Below, piece after piece: positions 22,620 through 35,953 of a stretch of DNA of 64,000 nt. The DNA is taken from NCBI GenBank assembly GCA_951406725.2, contig OX597819.1, positions 29,698,001 through 29,762,000 of the forward strand, read 5' to 3'. Under the pieces are notes generated by a model. The model searched no databases. It saw only the letters and a list, made by a program, of their open reading frames with translations, and was not told the origin of the DNA. A program made the position numbers and the translations under genes. This stretch comes from Octopus vulgaris (Eukaryota). Position 1 is the stretch's first letter. Every line of letters begins with the position of its first letter.

Positions 22620-25600
22620 CGTGGTTGAATATATAGAAAATAGTAAAAAGTGAAAAAACTACAGAAGGCTTGTTTTAAAAGGTTAAAAAATATATATTTG
22701 AGTCAATATGTCTGAAGAATATTATTTTTTCTTACAATGACATAATTTAGAAGAAATGACCGGTTTCGCGTTCAGCTTTTCAAATTTCTTACATCGTTAT
22801 GTTTATGTTCAGAAGAGTTATCGTTATGTTTATGTTGAGAAGAGTTCTAGATAAGAGGAGGTAATAAGTGATTTCTTCCTGTGTAAGGGAGATAATCGCT
22901 TAAAATTTTTTGCCTTTCCTTTGGGGTGAATTTCTCTGTATAAGTATGTTGGAATGGTTAAGTCTGGGCTTGTACTTTTCAATGAAGAATGTTTCCTTGT
23001 TTAGTCTAATTTGTGTTGGTGTTCCGATAGCACATTGGTAAAATGGAAAGATTAAAAATTGTGGTAGTAGTTGCTTTGCGCATTTCTCAATGTGCTCACT
23101 AAAAGGTATCATTCTGTATTCTGGGAATGCAATCTGTTGTCGATGCAGTGTGCATCTACGTCTGAGTGATAGTCCTGTGGATCCCACGTAGTCTTGGTGG
23201 CAGCCCGAGCATTTTATGACATAAATTATGTTTTCAGAGGCACAAGTAAAATTAGATTTGATCTTGAATTTCTGTCACTCTTTGAAGAGGAATTCTGATC
23301 CTTCTAGCAGGTTTGGACATGTTGCACAGTTCGGTCTACCACATTTTTTACTTTTGCATCCGTAATTTCAGAAAACAATTTTGCCTTTGTGAGAATCTTT
23401 TAAAGTGATTTAGGTTGTTTGTAGCTTTTAATGATTTGGTGTATGTTTAAAATTTCCTTTAATTTGGGCTTCTTATGAAGTATTGGTAAATTCTGGGTGA
23501 TGATGGTGAAGGCTTCTTTGTTTCTGGGGTTGTATGTGGATATGTAAGGTAGTATTTTCGGGGAAGGTGTGTTGTTGTGTTGAACTTTTCTTAAAGTTTC
23601 TATGTTGATTTCTGTTGCACGTCTGATCCCATCCTCTATGAGTTGAGCTGGGTAATGTCTGTCAATTAGGGTGTTTTTGAGTTCTTGTAGTCTAAAGTTC
23701 CTGGTATTTTGTTCTGACACTATTGTGCATATCCTTCTTGCAAGGTTGAAGGGGATGTTTGTTTTAGTGTGTCTTGGGTGGCATGAATTAAAAAGAAGGT
23801 ATTGTTTGGCGTCTGTGGCTTTGTAAAAAATGTATGTTTCTATTTTAAGGTTAATTTTTTTAATTAGTATATCCAAGAATGGGAGCTCCTTTTGGTTGTA
23901 TTCCATTGTGAACTGTATATTTGGGTTTATGCTGTTCAATAAGTTTTTAAATTTTAGGAGTTTATCTGTGTTTTCATTCCAGAGTATAAAACAATCGTCC
24001 AGGAATCGTTTCCAATTCTCTTTTATGTATTGAGAGAGGGGGTTTCCAAAGATTGATAAAGATTCCTGGTAAATGATTATTTCCAGGTAGCCCATTGTTA
24101 GGTTCGCAATGACTGGTGCTGCCCTTGTACCCATAGCAATTTCGGATTTTTGACGGTAAAATGTATTGTCAAACATGAAATGGTTATTATGTAGGATGAA
24201 TTCAATTGATTTAGTAATGAATTATTTACTGATCCTTTTTGGTATTTCTTCCGGAAATTGGTCCAGCCAGAACTGTATTGCCTCTAGTCCATAATTATGA
24301 GGTATACTGGTATATAAGTTAACTACTTCAAATGAAACCATGATTGTTTCTTCCTTGGCTTTTTTTGGAAGGTGGTTTAACATATCTAAATCATCTCTGA
24401 TATGGCTATCGATATGTTTAAGGAAGGGTTTCAGGAGGATGTCCATAAATAAACTTAGTCTCTGTTTCACAGGTTGGGCCAGCTACAATGGGTCGTAGTT
24501 TTAGGTCCCCCGGGTTAGGCATGTGTATGTATGTCTTTGGTGATTTTTTAATGGTTTCATTTATAATTTGGCTTTTATGAATTTTTGGCAGACCATAGAA
24601 AAGGCTAGGTTTGCATTTAAAGTTTGTTAGAAAGTCAATCTCTTTGGTTGTTAGTTCCTTTTCATGGGTTTTAATTAGTGAAGATAGAGTTTTCATTATT
24701 TTTTGTGGGGTGTAGTTGGTAATTTTTTCATAATGTTGGTTGTCATCAAGCAAGGAAATTACAAGATTTCTATAGTATGATGTATCCATTATTACAACTG
24801 CAGTTCCCTTGTCTGCTTCCTTAATGGTTATATCTTCATCATTTTGAAGTTCTATCAGTTCCTTCCATTGTGTAGTGTTAAAATTTGAGTTACCTTTCTG
24901 TTTATGTATAGTATGGTAGGAAAGTTCTCAATGTGGTTACAGAATTCGTCAAGATCTTTATTTCTTCCTCTGTGGGGGATGTGTTTACTTTTGTTTTTGA
25001 CTAGTGATTCATCTTCAGTATTGAAACTGGTTGATGCTTCTGCTAGTCTTAATTTTCTGCAAAATTCTGTTATATTATACTTGATTTCATTTAGGTTGGC
25101 TCTGCGTGGAGTTGGTGTAAATTTGAGCCCTTTTGAGAGGATGTCAATTTTTATGTTAGAAAGAGGTTTGGTTGAAAGATTGATTATCTTCGGTTTTCCC
25201 TTATTACTAGGTTCCAGCCTGTGTCCTGGTGTCTCTGGTCCCTGGCTAAAAAATGTTGGGTGTAATTTTGTTTGTATGAGTTGTCTGTGAGGTTGTGTGA
25301 TATTGGGTCGGGGGAATGGTGGTATTGTTGCCCCCGATTGTTGTGTGTGTGTGGGAATCTATGGTTGTTGTTGTTTGTGGTGTGTGTAAAATTTCTGTAT
25401 GTGAAATATTTTTGTTTCGAACTGCTTGTATGTGGGATGTTGCTTGACATAGTGTTTTTTTGCGTTTGTCTTGTGTTCAGTGGGGACCAGTAATTTTGGT
25501 TCATGGGGTAGTATCGACTTGTGTGTGGTGTATTTCTTATTCTAGTGTCGTCTTGTGCTGTATGGTGGTTGGGTCTGGTATTAGGATATTGTTGGTGTGT

Positions 25601-25890
25601 TCTGTTTTTGGTGTAATTTATTTTATAGACGCGTTGTCTGTCAACTTGTTCCTTGTTAAGTCTTGCGTGGTTTGAAAATGTTGGTTGTGGGTGATTTCTG
25701 TTTCTAGTGTATGGAGGATAGTTGGGGGTTGTTCGTGGGTTGTTTGGTTTTTCTTTTTTATTTTTTGTAATTTTCTTAAGGAAGGGATTATTTGTATCCA
25801 ATTCATTTTTGAAAGTTAAACTATATCTTTGGAAGAAATCGTTGCTTTTTTCCCAGCGCAGGAGAGAATTTCTTCTCTTCTTTTTCACAG
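22620..25890 (-). mobile_element. Penelope-like retroelement (RT plus GIY-YIG endonuclease), frameshifted
   Basis: FYGLPKIHK, LRPIVA, VVNLYTSIP, AMGTRAAP, RFLDDCF, LPFLDI; Cys linker CATC; IIYVIKC..C..YVGSTG..R and ETFFI..P.LN. Confidence 0.93.
22751..22790 (-). ncRNA. Minimal type-I hammerhead ribozyme (U3-A8 variant) in the Penelope terminal region
   Basis: Reverse complement: AAGAAAU UUGAAAA GC-UGAAC-GC GAAA CCGG UC AUUUCUU; 7-bp stem I, palindromic stem III, GUC cleavage triplet. Confidence 0.8.
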
Positions 25891-26261
25891 GTATCCTTCC
25901 AATGATCCTTCCAATTGGTATCCTTCCAATTTCACAGGTATCCTTCCATACACTAGAAACAGAAACAGAAATACACTAGAAACAGAAATACTTTCACTAT
26001 TAATACTGGAACAATTAAAAGCGTAACTATTATCTCACATATATACATGCATACACACACATAATATATACATATATATATAGAGATAGATAGATAGACA
26101 GATATATATATATATATATATATATACATATTATGTATGTATATATATATGTGTGTATATATATAGATGTTTATGTATATATATATATGTATACATGCAT
26201 ATGTATAGACGCATATGTATAGATTTATATGTATATATGTTCTTTCTTTTCTTTCTTTTAT

Positions 26262-26435
26262 TTGTTTCAGTCATTTGACTGTGGCCATGCCGTAGCACCA
26301 CATTTAGTCGAACAAATCGACCGCAATACTTATTCTTTGTAAGCCTACTACATATTCTATCGATCTTCTTTGCCGAACCGCTAAGTTACGGGGACGTGAA
26401 CACACCAACATCAATTTTCAAGCGATGGTGAGGGA

Positions 26436-26491
<56 letters not shown>

Positions 26492-26647
26492 CGACGGGCT
26501 TCTTTTAGTTTCCGTCTATCAAATCCACTCACAAGGCTTTGGTCAGCCCGAGGTTATAATTGAAGACACTTGTCCAAGGTGCCAAGCAGTGGGATTGAAC
26601 CCGGAATCATGTGGTTGGTAAGCAAGCTACTTACCACACAACCACTC
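26262..26647 (-). mobile_element. tRNA-derived SINE with a CR1-like 3' tail
   Basis: Head agtggttgtgtggtaagtagcttg..ccgggttcaatcccact; internal (CA)n; the tail matches the 3' end of the CR1 LINE at 59930-59967. Confidence 0.8.
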
Positions 26648-26750
26648 ATAGATTTATAAGTATATATATATGTATATATGTGTGTATGTATCTATATCTA
26701 TATATATCTATATCTATATATATCTATATCTTTATCTATATATCTACATC

Positions 26751-26782
<32 letters not shown>

Positions 26783-26834
26783 TGTATGTATGTATGTATG
26801 TATGTATGTATGTATGTATGTATGTATGCATGTA

Positions 26835-27250
26835 TGTGTGCATAACTAAAACTTGAAAACTATCAACCGATTTCATTCAAATTTTACTCATGTCTTATCT
26901 AGGGTAAATGCAGTGTCATTTTCAACTTGTTGCCTAATGCGACCTCGGAGTAATCTCTTATCTCTTACACTATTTTAGTATTACGTGTCATAAGCGAAAC
27001 AATAACATCTCTATTCTAAGTGAGATAATACTTTGAGTTTTATACTTTCAGTGTTAGTACTTTCAACATGATATACTTTCGCTATTAATACTGAAACAAT
27101 TAAAAGTGAAATTATTATCTCGTATATATATATATATATTTGAGTATAAAAATGAAATATCTTTTTATGGATAATTCGTTTAACCGATACCTGGGTAGCA
27201 AATTCACATCAGAAATAACACGGTTGAAGTTACGTGCCTAGGGCAGAGAC
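26835..27250. mobile_element. Possible non-autonomous Helitron/Helentron-like (HINE/DINE-type) repeat
   Basis: Follows (TATG)n and contains aaccgatttcattcaaatttt; part of it recurs at about 25985-26040. Confidence 0.35.
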
Positions 27251-27462
27251 TACGCTATGCGCTCCGTGAGAGCAGACATCTAAAAGTTTTTGTGAATCTT
27301 GATGTTGACATAAATTCCTTGTTTTTCCTGATGAGAAAGCGGCATAATGTACTCCTTATTCCTTCACAATTAGGAATATGCAGCCTTCGAAACATATGTC
27401 GAAAATATAGGAAATTTGTTAATTTGTCGTTCAACTCCATTCTTTCATTTATTCATAAATTT

Positions 27463-27514
<52 letters not shown>

Positions 27515-27935
27515 TGCACACATACATGCACATATGTGTATTACATATATACATATATATATATACGTATATAATCAAAATAAGAAACAAATATATATAT
27601 ATATATATATGCATGTATATATGTGTATATACATCTGCACATATATATGTATGTATATAGGTGTATATACATACATGTATAAATATAAATTTTTATGTAT
27701 ATGCATGTATATATGCATGTATATATATGTATATATGTGTGTGTATATATATGAATATATACATATATTATAAATATATGTATTCATCTATATATGTGCA
27801 TATATATGTGTACATATATATCTATGTATATATATGTATGTATATATATAAAGATGTATACATATAGGTGTATATATATATATAGATGTATATGTATAGA
27901 TCTATATATATATAGAGAGAGAGAGAGGGAGAGAT

Positions 27936-28024
<89 letters not shown>

Positions 28025-28028
28025 CATA

Positions 28029-28260
28029 TGGAGGCGCAATGGCCCAGTGGTTAGGGCAGCGGTCTCGCGGTTGTAGGATCGCGGTTTCGATTCCCAGACC
28101 GGGCGTTGTGAGTGTTTATTGAGCGAAAACACCTAAAGCTCCACGAGGCTCCGGCAGGGGGTGGTGGCATCATTTGAAGGCTAAAACAATGCGAAGCGCA
28201 TAGTGACCAGCGATATGTAACAACATCTGATAGCCTGGTCGGTCACGGTGACCACGGTGA
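28029..28260 (+). mobile_element. tRNA-derived SINE (same head as 22468)
   Basis: ggaggcgcaatggcccagtggttagggcagcgg..ggtttcgattcccagaccgggcg. Confidence 0.85.
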
Positions 28261-30265
28261 TATATATATATATACAAGAGAGTGAGAGAGGACTCCTACA
28301 TACCTTACGTTAGTTACATACAGGTTAAATGTTACTTGAATAGAAAATTTTGTGCTGGCAGTTTGATGTCAATGTAATAGAAGGCGTCAATACTTATTAT
28401 CTTTTCAGAAAATGAAATCAAGTGTAGGTAAAAAAAAAGTTTGTTATGCCTAGTTTACTTTGAAAATCACCGCATTACTTCTCAGGGTTGCTGATATATT
28501 CAAGAATGAGGTTGCATACAAAAGAAATTTGGGTGTTGTACATAAATATACATGCAATTTTGTTTATTCAATGGAGAGTATTCACTCACAAATTAATATG
28601 ATTCACACTGACTTTATGAAATTCAGTAAGACAGACGAATCGTATTTAGGACAGCGGATTGGATCTGCTACAGAAACCACAAAATGTATTACCTGCTCAA
28701 TCTATTTAGATTGGATTTATAGACAGGGAGCCAGTTAGAGGAAGTTGAACGGTCCTTACCGGCACGCAAAGACTACAGGGACCAGATTAGTAAACTTATT
28801 AAGCGACAGTTGACGGGGTAATCGTCAACAACCAGTGGTGGGTCGCCTTAAAGAGAGCAATTAGATTAAAGCCTTAGCGTTGAGTAAAGAGGTATGAATA
28901 AGAAGAGGGAGAACAAGTTAGCAACCTATAGTATTAGTAAAGGCATCCCAACCGACGTGCTAACGGCAAGAATACTCCTTGTCCATTTCTTCGAGGCGAA
29001 ACACGAGAGCTGCGGTGTCAGAGCTAAGATCAGCGCATCTAAACACGAGGAATTAAAGCTGCCTGATGGGTTCAACGGAAGAGATACCACGTTGCAGCAA
29101 AACCACGATCAAGTCTTTGACGAACCGGGACAGGCACGTGTTACTCGGTTCCGAGGAGATGTGTACGACTTTCCAGTAGCACTCGAGCGACCGTTTGTTA
29201 GAGCAACTGTAGTGGACTTTAGTTCCCATCTGGATAGCCTTTCACGGCTCTAGGCTGTAGAAACGAGATCAGCGAAAAGCTGTTGAGTTGTTGAGTTAAG
29301 CAGTTGTGCAAAATCACTCGCTTTGGATGGTTTTTCCTATGAATTTTCGAATTCATGCCAGATTTGTTTGGTAGCCGCTTAACAGGCGTATACCGTTAAA
29401 TAGCATCAGAATGGCAGAATTCCTAGTTCTGTGAGCCGGGGAGTGGTAATACTGTTGTAAAAGGATGTCGACAAAAGGGACGTGGTAAGAAATTTTCAGT
29501 TCACAACTCTGCTAAGCACAGAGTTTAAGATTTTGGCAAAGGTGGTAGTGGAAAGGTTAGCGTTTATTGTCGGTGGTTGAGTCGGGGAAGTGCAAATATG
29601 CACATTCCCGATTAGGTCCATCCACAACAACGCCCACTTTATGCGATACCTCATACGTGGGATAGGACCTAAGCTGGCTTCGGTAGGGCTCTAATCAATC
29701 TGCATTAGTCGAAAACGTTCGATATGGTCGACCATCGTTACTTGACGTCCTTAAATCAATCGGATTTGGACCTGTTTTCAAAGCGGGATCGCTGCAATGA
29801 CCAGTGGTACTTACTCAGTGGTCGAAGTAAACGACCATCTACCGGAACCGTTGCGCATCACACATTTGTTTCGTTAAGGCTGTCCGCTCTCGCCTATTCT
29901 GTATATGTTGGCTCTCAAGACACTGCCACGGAAGTTGTAACAATTGAAGGACATGTCTTTTAAACAGACTCCCGGTAAGGCAGTGTCGGTGTACGCAGAT
30001 GGCGTTACCATCATGGCGTCGGACTCTGCCTCAGTGGAGACGGTCGGCACCATTCTAAAAATGGTATATTGGTGGCAAGTCGGTTGGCTTGCAGCTGGGC
30101 ACCTGGAAAGGGGCGTCCATGTCGTCGGACGAGGTTATTGGATGCTGAACTGATGGACCAGTTGAACTTCTTGGCATTGAGATCGGTGAAGTTTCCACTT
30201 AAACAATATATAGAGGATTAGTGAGGGAGATGTGTGACTATGTTTTCGAAGAAACTCTGGAAGTT

Positions 30266-32950
30266 TGTTATGGGGATAATAGTAATAATGTTTCACTCCT
30301 CTCACGTGGCGAATGGTATGTGATAGTCGCTATTAATGAGGTGACGTCGGTCAGTGTCAGGACAGAGTACGAAGTAGACGGTCATAGATAGTCGTGGTAT
30401 TACTTGTCTTACTAACTACACCGCTACACCAGAGTGGGCGTTATAACAATTCGACATAAAGGATTACAACAGTGGCGACGAGGTATTAAGAAACTCACAA
30501 AATATTATTTTTTTTGTACGAATTTTATGGAAAATTTGTTGGCCGGTTTGCTCGAGTAGGAAAAACAGCAACAATAGCAACTGAAAGAACAACAATGGCA
30601 GCAGCTGCAACTGCAAGAACAACAATGGCAGCAGCTGCAACTGCAAGAACAACAACATTTACTATTACAACAACAAACCTGCAATTAATGTACAGTAGGT
30701 CGTCAGAAAATACTGAAAAGATATTCTCACCAGATTATGTTGCAAACTCGATAACTGAGTTTAAGTACAACCAGACGAAGGAGCTACCTCGAGGATTACT
30801 CAATAAAGGGTGCAAAGACTGGGACGACGATATGAAAACGCGTTTAATCTTAAGAAAACTGGCAGCAGAAGAACATGAGCGTTACAGCAATTATGCACTC
30901 CCGAAAAAAACCTTCTGACACAAACTTTACAGATGCAATACACATGTGCAAGATTTTTAGTGAGTAAAGCTCATTGTTCAATACACGCTGGAGATTTGTT
31001 GTTGTTTGTTCCTTCTCGAGCCATGCCTGGCTCATAAGGGCCGGTTTCCCGGTTTCTTGGCGTATAGGTTCCCCACCTGGACGGGACGCCGGTCCGACGC
31101 AGGTGAGCTGCAAGATGCAGGAGGAAAGAGTGAGAGAAAATTGTGGCGAAAGAATCAGCAGGAGTTCACCATTACCTCCTGCCGGAGCTGCGTGGAGCTT
31201 AGGTATTTCGCTCATAAACACATACATCGCCCGGTCTGAGATTCGAACCCGCGATCCCTCGACCGTGAGTCCACTGCTCTAACCACTAGGCCATGTGCCT
31301 CCACACACGCTGGAGATGCTTGAATCTAGAAAAGAATAACGAGGGGGACTACATCACATATGCTGGTAGAGTTAACAAGAAACGTGAAAAGTTCAAGCAA
31401 GACAAATTAACGCTATATATGTTCAAGTGCCTGATATTTACTTAGGAACTAACTGTAGAAAATGACGCAAAAGTAAGAACAAGAATTCTCGCAGAGCTGG
31501 AACAAAATCAAGTGTCAGAAGAGTGTGAAAGAATGGTAAATTTAAGACATGGCACAGAGAAAATCGAGCATAGAAATTGCTCCCAAGTGAAACAAATGCG
31601 AAATAAGCAGAATAAAAATCAAGTGTGTACTAAAATGCAGCACAAACAGGACAAGAATCGGGAAAAAACCCATGTTTTGCACGTGGAGGTTTACATCTGA
31701 AGAAAACTGTCAATTTAAAAGTTTCTCCTTCCATATTTCAGCAAGTAATCGATACAATGCTAGGTGACCGATTTTGCTATCGCTTATTTAGATGGTATTC
31801 TAATAAAAAGCAAATCCCATGAACAGCATATAGAACACGTTGAAAAGGTATTCAAGAAGATTAGAGAATACGGTTTCAAGTTAACGGAAGGAAAATGCTA
31901 GTTCTTTATGAAAAAAAAATTAAATACTTGGGCCAAATAATAGATAAAACGGACGGATACCGGATCCATCCAGAGCAACTGCGATAAAAAATATGCCCAC
32001 GCCGAATAATGTGACTATGCTACAAGCATTTTGGGGTTTAGTAAATTATTATCAAATTTGTATTCCCAATATACATAATGTAAGAGCCATGCTCAATGTT
32101 AGAGGAAAATACAAAATGGTGTTGAACTTATTGTTAACGTATTTTGACCCAAAGTTGGATATTATATTGGTCGTGCTTCTGCACAAATATGATGATGGCA
32201 GTTAAAAGGCTATAACTCATGCGTCACGATCATCATTACCAACTGAAAGGAACTATAGTCAGATAGAAGAGGAAGGATCAGCAATCATATTCATTATTAA
32301 ATTCCATAGATTTATTTATAGAAGCTTCTGTCTACAAACGGATCATCGCCCACTACTGTCAATATACGGTTCTAAAAATGGAATACCAACACCCTGCAAA
32401 TAGATTACAGTGATGGGGCACTACATTATTGAATTATGACAACAAAATGAAATATTTACAGTCAAGAAAGTTAGGGTGTGCGGGGGGTTTGTCCAAACTG
32501 ATACCGAAACACTGCGAGTCATTCGAAGATACGGTAATTGCAACTTAAGAGCAGAAGGAGAAATAAAAAATGTAATGTGGAATATGGTACGCAAATTACC
32601 GGTAACCCTAGAAGAAATAAAGTGAAATGCGGTAAAGGACAAATTCATAACAGAAATGAAAAGAACACTGTGGTCAGAAAAAGTAGAGGAACACGATTGG
32701 TGTGAAACGAAACAAAGACGTGAACCTATTTGTGATGGCGTACTGATGTATGCACAGAGAGTAGTGATACCTGAAATGTTATGGGGGATACTTGTAATAA
32801 TAGTACATCCCTCCCACGTGACGAATGGTATGTGCTAGTCGCTATGAATTAGGGTTAGCGTTAGGGCTAGGGTTAGGGTTAGTTGTGGTCTTACTTGTCT
32901 TACTAACTATACTGCTGTACCTGAGTGGGCATTATAACAATCCGACATAA
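30266..32950 (+). mobile_element. Degenerate gypsy (Mag-like) LTR retrotransposon
   Basis: LTR 30266-30471 (TGTT..AACA) followed by PBS TGGCGACGAGG; gag (NSITEFKY..RLILRKL..EHERYSNYALPK); RT (AIAYLDGIL, KYLG); RNase H (ERNYSQIE, TDHRPL); second LTR-like copy at 32777-32950; integrase missing. Confidence 0.9.
30996..31304 (-). mobile_element. tRNA-derived SINE inserted in gag with a 13-bp TSD
   Basis: TSD acacgctggagat at 30983-30995 and 31305-31317; A/B boxes tggcctagtgg and ggttcgaatc. Confidence 0.9.
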
Positions 32951-33234
32951 TGTCAACGAAAATGGACTACCTAGTCTGCTCTGGAGGACTTTCCGGTTAC
33001 GAACAACCATAGATAATTTCCAGCATGGCATAACTATCAAAATGTGCTACCGGTTCAAAAACATTTTTACAGGCACAGATGTGGTGTCAGACGGATTTGT
33101 CCGAGATATGTGCAGAGCGACGAAACCGTTCCGCATGCTCGTTCAATGTCCGGACATTGCTGACTTGTAAAGTTACGTAGAACAGCTTCGGTCATATGTA
33201 GGATACATCTGACGATCAGCCGAGTTCATATATA

Positions 33235-33555
33235 TAAGGTGTTTGGGTTAAATTTGATAGTTTGTGTAAAAGGAAGATAAAGTATCCCATTCATACATAA
33301 AAGTATTTTTAAAAAATCAAAAAATATCAATAAGATTGCAACTGGGAAATAAAAAGCTTACTCAAACTAGATACCCCCAGCTTCCACCACGGCCTCAAAA
33401 CAACTCTCGAATCTGGCGCATGCGTTCCTCACTGTGTCCATGAGGAGATCTTCGGAAACCTTTTTGATCTTGGCTACATAGGCAGAGCAGTTAGTGTCTT
33501 TCTCAACTGTTCGTCACACATAATAATCCATAGGATTGCAACTGAGGGGATTAGG
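33235..33555 (-). mobile_element. Tc1/mariner-superfamily transposase 3' fragment
   Basis: Remnants resembling P.SP..NPMDYY and ACARF...EAVVEAGG. Confidence 0.6.
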
Positions 33556-34067
33556 AAGTCAGAAATTGGGTCTGGTGAAGTCCTAGAATTTCTTAATAGC
33601 TTGCCCTTTGTTTTCAAATTTAACTGACCTATTGTATTGCAAGCTGGACTTTCTTTAGTCAATCCTATTATGGACAATAGGTGGTTGGTCTTTATAATAT
33701 ACCAGTAAGTAAATAAAGATAATTAATTGATGGGCATTTTATTTCGATAAATATTAATTAGTACTATTAACATAATCTTAAGAACTATTATGATTACTTC
33801 TAAACGTTATGGCACTATCACTCCCTCTTTTTCTAGACCTATTGGCGTATCCTGTCATGGTAAAGTACATACTTTACTTTATTTATTATTTATACACCCT
33901 GTTACTCCTACAGAAATATTAACCCACCAATTAATATTCCCAGCTTAGTCATTTACTCAGCGGCCTGAAGCGCTACACTGCAAAGTGGTATGATTCAAAT
34001 AAATTAAGTCTTCATTCCTCTTCTCAGGCTCTTCTTTTTTTCTTTTCTTTTATTTTATGTTTTTTCT

Positions 34068-34187
34068 TCACTCTGATGAAGCGCCATGTTCCAGATCGGA
34101 TGTGCTACAAAATATGACAAATATTATTCTCAGAACTTTCTTTGGCAACGCTGTAGGATATTGGAAGCAGAAATGGCTGTTAGATGG
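34068..34187 (+). ncRNA. Degenerate hammerhead motif with a long stem II
   Basis: CTGATGA at 34073; ttccagatc pairs with gatattggaa; GAAA TGGCTG TT agatgg at 34170-34187. Confidence 0.5.
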
Positions 34188-34448
34188 GCTAAAGTTTTGT
34201 ATTAAAATTTAATTATCGATGGTAGTTAGTTGTAGTTGATCAATATTTCTTCATTTTCTGCTTAATCTAAATCTACAAATATATATATATATAAAACACA
34301 GACACACAGTGAATTTTATAAATATAGATATACATACATGCAAACATACAAACATGCATACAAACATACATACATGCATACATACATACATACATACATA
34401 CATACATACATACATACATACATACATACATACATACATACATACATA

Positions 34449-34534
<86 letters not shown>

Positions 34535-35427
34535 CATTGATACGGTGTCAGGAGTGTGACGAAAGAACTCTGGCCGAAATAAGATTAAATTTAATGTAAA
34601 AAATAAATAACACTGAAGCAAAGTAACACCAAATATATAGTGCGTGTGTTTTTATTGGCTAAACTGGCAAAATGACCATTCCGAAATACAACAATATCTG
34701 TTTCAACACACGATTTTGCATAAAAAAATCTTGCACAACAAATATATATATACATTTATATATACGTACACACATATATATAACAATACAAAACTAACTT
34801 TCTTTTCAGCCAAAAGATTATTTCCCAACGTTTTAGATAACATCTAAATATAGAAGATAATTTGAAAAACCATAATGACACACACGAACGTGCGCACCCA
34901 CCCACATATGTATGTAAATATATAACATACATAACAACTATGTATGTGTATATATATATTTAAACATTAAGTGATCGTATGTGCATCATTATACATAAAG
35001 ACTTATGAGAGAGTGAGGTAGGATATTTCTCATGCGCGCGCGCTCACACACACATACATACCAGAAAAAACACGCATCTAAATGTGTGTTTGTGTATGCG
35101 TTACCATAAACATTAGAGAATGTGAGGTCGAACTTTTCACTTTGACTATTCATTCGTGCATTTGTCTATATTTTCGTGGGTCACAATAAGTATCCATCTC
35201 CCCCCCCTTTCTTTCTTTCTTTCTTTCTTTCTTTTTTTCTCTCTCTCCTTCCCTCTTTCTCTCTCTCGAAATTATTCATATATTCGTATACAATCAACCT
35301 TCACCACAGCCACTATTTATCTTCAACACCAATAGAACTCCCATGAACGCACCGAAACTAATACAACAACCGCTATTAACAAACCGTCAACCATTTTATG
35401 ATCACATAAATAATAATAATAATAATG

Positions 35428-35499
<72 letters not shown>

Positions 35500-35647
35500 G
35501 TAAATAGGAGATAAACAGCTTCATCTAAAATAAATGACAATGTCATTAGATAATGGGCCATTGTAGTGTATTTAAAGGTCGAATGAAATGTCTTTGATTT
35601 TAGGGGAATGATGGTTTACTTGAACATAACAAAAGAAATGCAGCTTA

Positions 35648-35953
35648 CGAGGGACGTTCAATAAGTGATGCCCCTGACCCACTTGCAGTTGTTTGATCTG
35701 GCTGTTTGATCTATAGAGTAAGTGGCAAATTACAGCTCTGAACTAATTGTGGTTTCTGATTTACAGGTGTTTGAACTGAGTCAAGTGTGAAATGGAGCCT
35801 GTTGAGTGTCGAGCAGTGATCCGGTTTTTGTATTTGAAAGGACGCACACCACGGGAGACTTTTGATGAAATGAAAGTAACTTATGGTGATGATGCCCCAT
35901 CATATGATCTTGTAAAACGCTGGCATCGTGAATTACTTATTGAACGCCCCTCG
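35648..35953 (+). mobile_element. Deleted (MITE-sized) derivative of the mariner at 11140-12402
   Basis: Both TIRs and flanking TA intact; retains only the first ~47 transposase codons (MEPVECRAVIRFLYLKGRTP..). Confidence 0.92.

Larger units (their letters stand above)
28640..33220 (+). mobile_element. Highly decayed L1/Tx1 copy split by the gypsy element (28640-30265 and 32950-33220)
   Basis: Homologous to 16000-18350 (e.g. actctgctaagcacagagtttaagatt); the C-terminal CPR..DETV..VQCP motif resumes after 32950. Confidence 0.75.

Noticed and set aside
28029-28105. tRNA gene
   Set aside because: A/B boxes continue into a SINE body and recur at 22468 and 31304; these are SINE heads, not tRNAs.
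27292-28132. Multiple YI/CV-rich ORFs here and at 19115, 34251, 40190-40585, 47825, 48206 and 55500-59200
   Set aside because: Microsatellite translations.
28409-28427. Mini-exon-like ttttcag AAAATGAAATCAAGTGTAG gtaaaa (MKSSV)
   Set aside because: No convincing downstream partner exon; could be chance.
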